A DNA stretch of 64,000 bases from an uncultured Pseudomonadota bacterium (GTDB taxonomy: Bacteria; Bdellovibrionota_B; Oligoflexia; Oligoflexales; CAIYRB01). Each line of letters begins with the position of its first letter. The first letter of the stretch is position 1. A program made the translations under genes and the position numbers. Positions 57,205-64,000 of this stretch are shown here, in pieces. The stretch covers positions 4,553-68,552 of the forward strand of contig CAIWTN010000178.1 in NCBI GenBank assembly GCA_903915625.1, written 5' to 3'. The notes beneath the pieces are model-generated. The model ran no database searches and was not told the DNA's origin. It worked only from the letters and a program-made list of their open reading frames with translations.

Positions 57205-57742
57205 ACTGCAACGGGCCGTTTTTCTGGATCGTGACGGCGTCCTCAACGAAGATGTTGGGTATGCCTACCGGGTCGAAGATCTGCGTCTCATCCCTGGCGT
57301 CGCAGCCGCAGTCGCCACACTGAAGAGCAGAGGCTTTCTACTGATCGTGGTTAGCAATCAATCTGGCGTAGCGCGCGGACTTTTTAGCAACGACGACGTT
57401 AATCGCTTCAATCAAGCTTTAAACCAGCAGCTCATCTCGGCAGCGGGGGTTGGCATTGATGAGTTTTTTTACTGCCCCCACCATCAAGACGGCTCGGTCG
57501 CGCAATATAAACTGCACTGCTCCTGCCGCAAACCAGAACCTGGTCTGATCCTACAAGCGACTCAAAAGTATCCGATTGATCTAAAAAACAGCTATTTAGT
57601 CGGCGACAAACCTGACGACATCGAATGTGCGCGACGTGCTGGCCTGATTGGGATTCAAGTGCGGAGTCGTTACGGTGAGAAACACGAACACGCTGCGGCC
57701 CTAGTGGATTCTCTCACGGCAGCGTTACCTTACCTGACCTAA
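57185..57742 (+). CDS. gmhB: D-glycero-D-manno-heptose 1,7-bisphosphate phosphatase (HAD-IIIA)
   Basis: It has FLDRDGVLN (the DxDG motif), VVSNQSG, the Zn-site pattern CPHH...CSCRKPEPG, and VGDKPDD. Confidence 0.85.
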   Translation: MEQSKNKLQRAVFLDRDGVLNEDVGYAYRVEDLRLIPGVAAAVATLKSRGFLLIVVSNQSGVARGLFSNDDVNRFNQALNQQLISAAGVGIDEFFYCPHHQDGSVAQYKLHCSCRKPEPGLILQATQKYPIDLKNSYLVGDKPDDIECARRAGLIGIQVRSRYGEKHEHAAALVDSLTAALPYLT

Positions 57743-57753
57743 AAGCATAGAAT

Positions 57754-57996
57754 TTAGGCCTTCGATTCTTGCATTTTTTTCAGCAGCAATTTGATGCGTG
57801 GTCCACAGCGTTCACCGGCGCAGCCGCCACTGCCGGTGCCTACTTTGCGATTCACATCCGCCACCGTTTCACAGCCTTCCATCCCCTTAAGGACGCGACC
57901 AAGATTGATTCCTTTGCAGATGCACACGACTTTCGCCATCGTCCGAATGCGTTCCTCAACCTTCTCATCGAGAACTTTGGTATTCTGATCCGACAT
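57754..57996 (-). CDS. BFD-like [2Fe-2S]-binding small protein
   Basis: VCICKGI...VGTGSGGCAGERCGP matches the CxC...CxxxC pattern of Fer2_BFD domains. Confidence 0.75.
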   Translation of the reverse strand: MSDQNTKVLDEKVEERIRTMAKVVCICKGINLGRVLKGMEGCETVADVNRKVGTGSGGCAGERCGPRIKLLLKKMQESKA

Positions 57997-58009
57997 GAGT
58001 CTCCAACAC

Positions 58010-58693
58010 TTATAAATATAGTGGAGCTAGCCAATCCAGCCAGCGTTTGTCTAATATACCGAATATCATGACAGTTGCATTACAAGCCGAGTGGAACGCA
58101 ATACATGGCAAGATGCGCCCTGTTTTTATCATGAGATACTCGCAACAGAGCCCGAGTAAGAATGCTCCAAGAGCCAAACCTACCTGACCATGAATAAGAT
58201 TACTCCAAGTCGGATTTGCGTGGACAAGTGCAAATACCAAAGCAGCAAACCACGCCGCCCAAATTGGTTGGCTTAATCGGCGGTAAACCGCACCGATGCC
58301 AGCGCGAAAGACAAGCTCCTCCACCAGCGGCACCCAGATCACAGCAGCCCAAGTTGGATGAGTGTTACTGTCACTCACTGCATTAATAGTTACCCCGCCC
58401 AATACACGACTCAGCAGGGCAACTGCGGCGCTAGCACCGAGTACGAAGGTAGCCGGAAGGTATGATTGCCATGTGCCGGGAGTAAACACCTTACGATCGT
58501 GAAGCCACCAGTATGCGGCTACAAAACTAGCGATCAGCGAGTGTATGGTGGCTGCGGCAAACCATGGTGGCGACAACCAATCACTTAGGCCGTTATAAGA
58601 TTCCGCCATGACGACCGCTAGCACTAAACTCAATATAGTGAGCCCGATTAAGCCCCTCTTATTGGTCGATGCACCAAGCGACTGTTCATGCAC
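58010..58693 (-). CDS. CPBP-family (CAAX/Abi-like) intramembrane glutamic protease
   Basis: Three motifs sit in a multi-TM protein: motif 1 VEELVFR (EExxxR), motif 2 FALVHAN (FxxxH), motif 3 FHSACN (HxxxN). Confidence 0.8.
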   Translation of the reverse strand: MHEQSLGASTNKRGLIGLTILSLVLAVVMAESYNGLSDWLSPPWFAAATIHSLIASFVAAYWWLHDRKVFTPGTWQSYLPATFVLGASAAVALLSRVLGGVTINAVSDSNTHPTWAAVIWVPLVEELVFRAGIGAVYRRLSQPIWAAWFAALVFALVHANPTWSNLIHGQVGLALGAFLLGLCCEYLMIKTGRILPCIAFHSACNATVMIFGILDKRWLDWLAPLYL

Positions 58694-59447
58694 TAATAGT
58701 GTCTTTCATCAGTTCTTCGAGACTTTTGCGTTGACTGTCGGATAGTCGACTAAAGCGGAAGCCGATTTTGGTGGCTTTCTTGTCGATCCAGGCCACGACT
58801 CCCTTGATCTTCGCGTCTGGGCCAAAATCATCGTCATCGCTGACTGGCTTAGGACTCTTTTTTGCTGTCGTCGATGTGGGTGTCAAATTTAGAGCGATAG
58901 TAAGCTCTTCGCCACTTTTAAATTTCATCGGGCCATCGAGTTCGAGGCAAGCGCCACCGAGGCTAATGTTGATAATTCGACCGCTGACTTTCGGTGCGCG
59001 TTTGCCACGACCTGCGCCTTTGCCGACGATCATCGTTTCCAAGGCAGTCTCAAAGCGCCGACCCAGGCGATATTTCTCCAGAAGAAAGCGATCAATTTTT
59101 TCGCTCAAGACTTCAAACTTAATCGGCTTGGCGAGCCATGCTCCAGCGTCGTTAAAGGCAAAGAGATCGTTTTTAACTGCTTCATCGACGATACGATCTG
59201 GATACGCTGTCAGCAAAATAGGCCCGTGATAAGTCTTGCGCATCGCATGAATTAAAGTCACGCCGTCGCTATCAGGTAAGTCAAAATCTACAACGCACAT
59301 GTCTGGCTGTTGAGTGGCTAAAATTTCTAAGCACTGCTTGCCAGTTACTGCGACTAGTATGTTCGCACCGGCAATTTTGTCTTTAAAAACCTCGGAACTC
59401 ATCACGAGGCTAGGCTTGCAGGCGTCGACAATCAGGATGGTTGGCAT
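58686..59447 (-). CDS. Response-regulator receiver fused to a PilZ (c-di-GMP-binding) domain
   Basis: Receiver: ILIVDA, VVDFDLPDSDG, LLTAY, AKPI. PilZ: RLGRRFE (RxxxR-like) and INISLGGA (D/NxSxxG). AGAGGA lies 7 nt upstream of the ATG. Confidence 0.8.
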   Translation of the reverse strand: MPTILIVDACKPSLVMSSEVFKDKIAGANILVAVTGKQCLEILATQQPDMCVVDFDLPDSDGVTLIHAMRKTYHGPILLTAYPDRIVDEAVKNDLFAFNDAGAWLAKPIKFEVLSEKIDRFLLEKYRLGRRFETALETMIVGKGAGRGKRAPKVSGRIINISLGGACLELDGPMKFKSGEELTIALNLTPTSTTAKKSPKPVSDDDDFGPDAKIKGVVAWIDKKATKIGFRFSRLSDSQRKSLEELMKDTISA

Positions 59448-59706
59448 ACGTAGGTCCTCTGAAAATACAAAGAGTCACAGATTTTTGTTTGTGCGCACAG
59501 GTGAACATTGATGAATGCGGCCAAACGATGGTGGGGATCGCTGACTCTAATTATACCTCCTCGCTAGTAAGCAAGTCACTTATCCCCGAACCCAGCTGTC
59601 AGGAAAATTATTGCTGCCTGCTAAAGGTTCGGCCCATGCTGCCGAAACAAATATTGATGAGACATAACTGTACGGCTTCATGACCTGGAAAAGAGGTTGA
59701 GCTTCT

Positions 59707-60852
59707 ATGAACTTGTGGCGCTATTTAGGGAAAGGACCAACGCTGATCTTCGGCGTGAGCACCCTATTGGCTACGCAAGAAGGACGAGCTGTGACCCAGT
59801 TCACCAACAGTAATTATCCGTTCACATTCGACATCAACGACGTGACTAGCTCGATCGATCTACCGATCCGGGACCAGGTTGAGACGGTTAATATGACGCT
59901 TGAGACGATGAAGGAGCGGCTAGTTAAGGCTCCTACCGACGAGACCGTGGAGCCCCTGACCCTCAATGTCGCCGCCGGTGATGCCCAGATTGATGCTATG
60001 GCTGAGAAAATTGCCTTAGCCGGCCAAAAGCAGCCACTTATTGCCTATCTCAAACGGAAGTTGTCGTCGTCGCCTTCGGCTGCGCTGACCTCCGTCGGAC
60101 CAGCGAGGTTGGTAACTCTCGACGAGGCGGGCTTCAGCCTTATCGACCCCGCAAAGTTTGCGGCTATGTACTCAAAACCACAGCATAATTTAATTCTGGA
60201 CTCAACGCCCTTGAAGGGCAATCTCAAGTTACAGAAACAGTTCCTCCGCGAGCTGGTGCCGTTTTTCCCGAAAGCTGAACGCACTGCTATCAAAGCGAAG
60301 ATAAGCAACGGCGAGGCCCTCGACGTCAATACTGCGTTGCTACCGGCTTTCCCTCGGCAAATGCTGAAGAAGTATGTGGTTTTTCGGGGCCCCAACTGCT
60401 TCCACGCGGCACTAGCGTTTCAAAGCACGATTTTACCCAGCTCTTCCTTCATCAATGTGAAAGAGGAGCCTGGATATCACCGCGCGATGATCAATTACGA
60501 TGAGTTATGGCGGGCTATCAAACGCGACTTTTACGAGATCGACCCTCTACGCCAGCCCCTTAAATATGGAGATATGTTGGTTTTCTTCGACGTGCCGGAG
60601 CGGGAATCGGATCTCCCTAACGCCCATGTGGACTTTCGCTGGATCCGTCACACGGCAACGCACTTATTCAGCGGCTATACCTTCTCAAAAGGATCGAAGT
60701 CACCAAATACACCCTACACCGTGAGGACCCTGCCTGAGGAGTGGAGCACGTGGAAAAGATTCACAAAAAATCTAGCCCTACGGGTTTATCGGCGATCGCT
60801 CAGCAAAGTCAGCGCCAAGCCTCCCATGGACTTAGCGGATTGGGTCTATTGA
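59707..60852 (+). CDS. Hypothetical secreted protein with a C-terminal Cys/His hydrolase-like signature
   Basis: It has an N-terminal hydrophobic signal or anchor. The C-terminal region has GPNCFHAAL ... GDMLVFFD ... IRHTATHLFSGY, which resembles the NlpC/P60-type order of Cys, GD-hydrophobic-FF, then His. Confidence 0.55.
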   Translation: MNLWRYLGKGPTLIFGVSTLLATQEGRAVTQFTNSNYPFTFDINDVTSSIDLPIRDQVETVNMTLETMKERLVKAPTDETVEPLTLNVAAGDAQIDAMAEKIALAGQKQPLIAYLKRKLSSSPSAALTSVGPARLVTLDEAGFSLIDPAKFAAMYSKPQHNLILDSTPLKGNLKLQKQFLRELVPFFPKAERTAIKAKISNGEALDVNTALLPAFPRQMLKKYVVFRGPNCFHAALAFQSTILPSSSFINVKEEPGYHRAMINYDELWRAIKRDFYEIDPLRQPLKYGDMLVFFDVPERESDLPNAHVDFRWIRHTATHLFSGYTFSKGSKSPNTPYTVRTLPEEWSTWKRFTKNLALRVYRRSLSKVSAKPPMDLADWVY

Positions 60853-60971
60853 GCAGGGAGACTACATTTCGAGGTAGTTTTTGCCTATATAAGCGGTGAC
60901 AAATTCACCAAGAATATGTTATTCGAGCGCGCTGCACAGTCGTTAGGACGCACCCCAACAGGAAGACAAAT

Positions 60972-62315
60972 ATGACCCGGCACGGATTTCGAAAATCCCG
61001 GCAAGCTCCGTTGCCACGGAATATTTATCGCCGAACCCCACTGGCGAACCGCAGCGGCTCGAATCGTTTTGCGCCGCGTACCCCGGAACCATCGTGTGGC
61101 ATGAAAAGCCAATGTGGTGCCTGCAAATACGTCAACCAGGACTACTCTGAGGGGCTACAGGCCAAATTCAACGCCGGTGTTGCAGTTCTGCAGGAGGCAC
61201 AGCTCCTCAGCAAGAGCCGTGTCTTGGCGCCAGTTCCCTCGCCACATCCACTCGCTTACCGCAGTCTGGCCAAGCTGGCAGTGCGTCCAGCACGCCCCAA
61301 TGCCATCGGATTCGCGCAAAGTTACAGCCCCGAGGGTGAGCGCCTGGTCAATCGTTTTGGTATCGGCTTATTTGCCAGCGGTAGCCATGACATTGTCGAC
61401 ATGGACAGCTGTCCGCTACATACGCAGCCAATCCAGAATCTATTGCATGATTTACGCAGCGAGCTGAATCGCTCCCCGCTGACTCCTTACGATGAGCAGC
61501 GCCATACCGGGCAGGTCCGTTACATCGCTATCAGAGCGGCCCACCTTACCGGTGAATTGATGATCACCTTTGTGGTAACGGAACCACTGAAGGTGGAACT
61601 TCGCCGATTAATTTCCAGCCTACAGCGGCGAGGCCATAAAATTAATTCAGTTCACATGAATCTGAATAATGAACCAGGAAATGCCATCTTTGGCGGCACG
61701 ACCATACGTCTGGCAGGCAGTGAGCGACTACGTGAGAGTCTCTGTGATCTCGCCTTTGAGGTGGGACCGACATCCTTTTTTCAAGTGAACCCATGGCAGG
61801 CCATCAATCTATACCGCCGTGTCGAAGCGGTCGCTGGCGCCGCGACTGGCAGTGCTCCAGTCGCTTGGGACCTCTACTGCGGTACTGGCCAAATTTCCCT
61901 AGTTTTGGCGCGCTTGGGGTACCGAGTCCTCGGTGTTGAAGAGAATGATGCAGCGGTGAAAGATGCCGAAGCTAATGCCCGCAAGAATCGCCTAGCCGAC
62001 AGTGCTACCTTCTTAGCTGCTCGCGTTGAAGATGCTGAGGGGCTGCTGCCCAGCTGGTCACAGTCGCCGAGCCTGATTGTGGTGAACCCATCCCGCCGGG
62101 GTCTAGCTGAAAGTACGCGTAAACACGTCGCTCGCATGCTAGCGAACCAGCCGCAGGCGCGTTTTCTCTATGTATCCTGCGACGTTAACACGCTTGCCCG
62201 GGATTTAAAGGTGATTTGTGAGCTGTCCGGCTTTCAAGTGCGGCAAGTAGAGCCTTTTGACATGTTTCCGCAGACAGACAATATGGAATGGCTCGCGGTG
62301 TTGAACCGGTCCTGA
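60972..62315 (+). CDS. 23S rRNA (uracil-C5)-methyltransferase, RlmC/RlmD (RumA/B) family
   Basis: It has the Fe-S pattern C-x5-C-x2-C (SCGMKSQCGAC) plus a later SCPL, FFQVNP, the SAM motif DLYCGTGQISL, and VNPSRRG. ATG 60972 is preceded by AGGAAG at 6 nt and is required to include the first cluster cysteine. Confidence 0.8.
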   Translation: MTRHGFRKSRQAPLPRNIYRRTPLANRSGSNRFAPRTPEPSCGMKSQCGACKYVNQDYSEGLQAKFNAGVAVLQEAQLLSKSRVLAPVPSPHPLAYRSLAKLAVRPARPNAIGFAQSYSPEGERLVNRFGIGLFASGSHDIVDMDSCPLHTQPIQNLLHDLRSELNRSPLTPYDEQRHTGQVRYIAIRAAHLTGELMITFVVTEPLKVELRRLISSLQRRGHKINSVHMNLNNEPGNAIFGGTTIRLAGSERLRESLCDLAFEVGPTSFFQVNPWQAINLYRRVEAVAGAATGSAPVAWDLYCGTGQISLVLARLGYRVLGVEENDAAVKDAEANARKNRLADSATFLAARVEDAEGLLPSWSQSPSLIVVNPSRRGLAESTRKHVARMLANQPQARFLYVSCDVNTLARDLKVICELSGFQVRQVEPFDMFPQTDNMEWLAVLNRS

Positions 62316-62369
62316 TAAGTTGGCGGCCTATCAACAGGCCGCAGACCACTATCTTATGGACCAGACGCC

Positions 62370-63248
62370 ATGTCTAAAGACCAAGAATCGTTGATTCAGC
62401 CGACCGAGCGTTCCACCACCTATGCCACCTACCTGAAGGTGAGCGAATTGCTCGAACTTCAAGAGCCGCTGACGGTTCCGGCACAGCACGATGAGATGCT
62501 CTTCATCATCATCCACCAAGTCTACGAACTGTGGTTTAAGCAGATTCTGCACGAGACTAAACGAGCCATCCATGCCGTGGCAAGCGATCAGCTTTTGATG
62601 TTTAGTCGCGTGGCCAGTCGCATCAAGACGATTCAGACCATCTTAACCAGTCAGGTCGAAATCCTAGAGACCATGACGCCGATCGATTTTAATGCCTTCC
62701 GTGACCGGCTGAACCCGGCCAGCGGCTTTCAGTCCTATCAGTTCCGTGAGCTCGAATATCGGCTGGGTGCTAAAGAGCCAGCCTATCTCAGGTTTCACGC
62801 GCACGACCCCAAAGCTACGGCCATACTAACCCAAGCACTAAAAGAGCCAGGCCTCTATGACCACTTCTTGCAGCTGCTGGCGCGGCGCGGCTTTGCCTTG
62901 CCGGCGGAATTGCTGCAGCGTGATGTCAGCACCCCGTATCAGGCATCTGAAGCGGTCTTGGCGGCCGCCGTCAAAATTTACCGCGAAGCTGACGCCTACT
63001 ATGATCTATACTCAGCACTGGAATCTCTCATTGATCTCGACGAAGGACTCCTGCTCTGGCGGCAGCGGCACGTGGCCATGGTAGAACGCATGATCGGCAA
63101 CCGGCGCGGTACGGGTGGCTCGAGCGGCGTGAAATACCTGTCTCAGACCTTGAGCAAGCGCTTCTTCCCCGAGATCTGGGACGCTCGTAATTGGCTTGGA
63201 GACGCCCAATATGACCACAGCAAAGACACCAGCTCGACCACAAAATAA
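62370..63248 (+). CDS. kynA: Tryptophan 2,3-dioxygenase
   Basis: It has TYATYLKVSELLELQ, HDEMLFIIIHQVYELWFKQ, FRDRLNPASGFQSYQFRELE, and GTGGSSGVKYL. Confidence 0.9.
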   Translation: MSKDQESLIQPTERSTTYATYLKVSELLELQEPLTVPAQHDEMLFIIIHQVYELWFKQILHETKRAIHAVASDQLLMFSRVASRIKTIQTILTSQVEILETMTPIDFNAFRDRLNPASGFQSYQFRELEYRLGAKEPAYLRFHAHDPKATAILTQALKEPGLYDHFLQLLARRGFALPAELLQRDVSTPYQASEAVLAAAVKIYREADAYYDLYSALESLIDLDEGLLLWRQRHVAMVERMIGNRRGTGGSSGVKYLSQTLSKRFFPEIWDARNWLGDAQYDHSKDTSSTTK

Positions 63249-64000
63249 AGTTAATAAAATAACCACAGAGCTCGCTGAGTATCCGATGGAGGAACTGGCG
63301 CGCATCCGTAAGGAGCTGGTGGCGCAAGGCAAGCCAGTCTTCGACTTCGGTACGGGTGACCCCAAGATCCCTACTTGGGAGCCTATTCGCGAAGCTTGCC
63401 GCGAGGCCATCCCCGAGATCAGTCAGTATCCGAGCGTAAAGGGCAGCGACGCTTTAAAGAGTGCTCAGCAGGGCTACTTGGAACGTAGATTTTCACTACG
63501 TTCTAACGAGTATGAAGTGATCCCCACAGCTGGCAGCAAAGAGGCCATCTTCCACGTTGCACTTTGTTTAGTAGGTCGTGCGGGTGGTAAGAAGCACATT
63601 ATTTATCCGGATCCAGGTTATCCGGTTTATCGTGCGTCGACCTTGTTTGCCGGTGGCATCCCTTATCCAGTGAAACTATCAGCAGACAATGGTTTTATGC
63701 TCGAGCCATGGGATCTACCGCCTTACATCCAGCGGGATGCGGCTGCGATCTGGATCAACTATCCCCATAATCCGACTGGTGCTGTAGCAAGTCGTGAGTA
63801 TTGGCAGCGAGTCGTCGAGTGGTGTCATCGTACTGATACAATCTTGCTATCCGATGACTGCTACGTTGATATTTATGATAGCGCGATCGATTTAACGCCG
63901 CTGCCTGATGGTGCAGAAGACGACCGCCCGATGTGTCCCTTGGAATTATCCAGTGACCGTGTGCTGTCGTTTATGAGCTTGTCGAAACGTTCTGGTATGA
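63211..64000 (+). CDS. Class I/II PLP-dependent aminotransferase (DapC/succinyldiaminopimelate-transaminase-like); 3' end lies outside the window
   Basis: I translated this by hand because it is not in the ORF track (no stop inside the window). I found YPMEEL, FDFGTGDP, GSKEAIFH, INYPHNPTG and the PLP-lysine motif SLSKRSGM. ATG 63211 overlaps the kynA 3' end by 38 nt. ATG 63286 is an alternative start. Confidence 0.75.
   Translation, partial: MTTAKTPARPQNKVNKITTELAEYPMEELARIRKELVAQGKPVFDFGTGDPKIPTWEPIREACREAIPEISQYPSVKGSDALKSAQQGYLERRFSLRSNEYEVIPTAGSKEAIFHVALCLVGRAGGKKHIIYPDPGYPVYRASTLFAGGIPYPVKLSADNGFMLEPWDLPPYIQRDAAAIWINYPHNPTGAVASREYWQRVVEWCHRTDTILLSDDCYVDIYDSAIDLTPLPDGAEDDRPMCPLELSSDRVLSFMSLSKRSGM

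Noticed and set aside
61101-61103. ATG 61101 (MKSQCGACKY…) as the start of the rRNA methyltransferase.
   Set aside because: It would remove Cys42 of the C-x5-C-x2-C Fe-S motif. The upstream ATG 60972 has a proper Shine-Dalgarno sequence.
1-64000. A scan for CRISPR arrays, IS elements and terminal inverted repeats, reverse transcriptase (retron or DGR), toxin-antitoxin pairs, and known riboswitch-like leaders in intergenic gaps over 150 bp.
   Set aside because: I saw no regularly spaced direct repeats, transposase or RT motifs, or recognisable riboswitch cores. This was visual inspection only. CRISPR and repeat finders plus Rfam/Infernal should be run to confirm.

Overview
This 64-kb window comes from a Gram-negative bacterial chromosome with moderate GC. 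Gene content and order suggest a delta-type or Bdellovibrionota-like proteobacterium, but that is only a guess.

**Left part (1-27 kb).** This is ordinary housekeeping DNA. Apart from the hppA 3' fragment at the left edge, it is a single minus-strand run of tightly packed genes, many with overlapping start and stop codons. In coordinate order:
- yhiN-like flavoprotein, a membrane protein, CaiB-type CoA-transferase, murG
- an orphan oppD/oppF-like ATPase pair, a lipoprotein and a TPR lipoprotein
- truA, an outer-membrane barrel candidate, asd, pssA, tsaB, rseP, cdsA, uppS
- an rsmI-like gene, an AI-2E permease, prmC, prfA, rpmE, rho

An MsbA-like ABC exporter, a lysine-methyltransferase-like gene and tRNA-Ala(UGC) follow.

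**Right part (27-64 kb).** This part is more mosaic:
- DUF1653 plus a P-type ATPase, a beta-CASP/MBL nuclease-like protein and orphan lipoproteins
- a CBS-receiver fusion and a CBS-chrA-MFS operon
- a second AI-2E permease and a RadD-type helicase
- an orphan PaaK/CapK-like adenylating enzyme and a 1232-aa SWIM-SNF2 helicase
- a full oppABCDF operon whose oppD is frameshifted and whose OppC carries an FN3-like insertion
- an alpha/beta hydrolase, tRNA-Ala(GGC) and a VKOR-DsbA fusion
- an internally duplicated unknown protein and a histone-H1-like Lys/Ala-tailed protein
- gmhB and an operon of REC-PilZ, CPBP protease and BFD-like ferredoxin
- a secreted protein with an NlpC/P60-like Cys/His signature, an RlmC/D-type methyltransferase, and kynA overlapping a class-I aminotransferase

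**What I did not find.** I saw no CRISPR array, IS element or transposase, integrase, prophage, reverse transcriptase or recognisable named defence system.

**Novelty candidates.** All of these are hypotheses. They rest on motif reading by eye, with no database search.
1. The REC-PilZ / CPBP / BFD operon with its divergent secreted hydrolase-like gene.
2. The SWIM-SNF2 / PaaK-like / RadD neighbourhood.
3. The tandem-domain protein next to the H1-like protein.
4. The unusual Opp arrangement: a broken oppD, an FN3 insertion in OppC, and an orphan ATPase pair 40 kb away.
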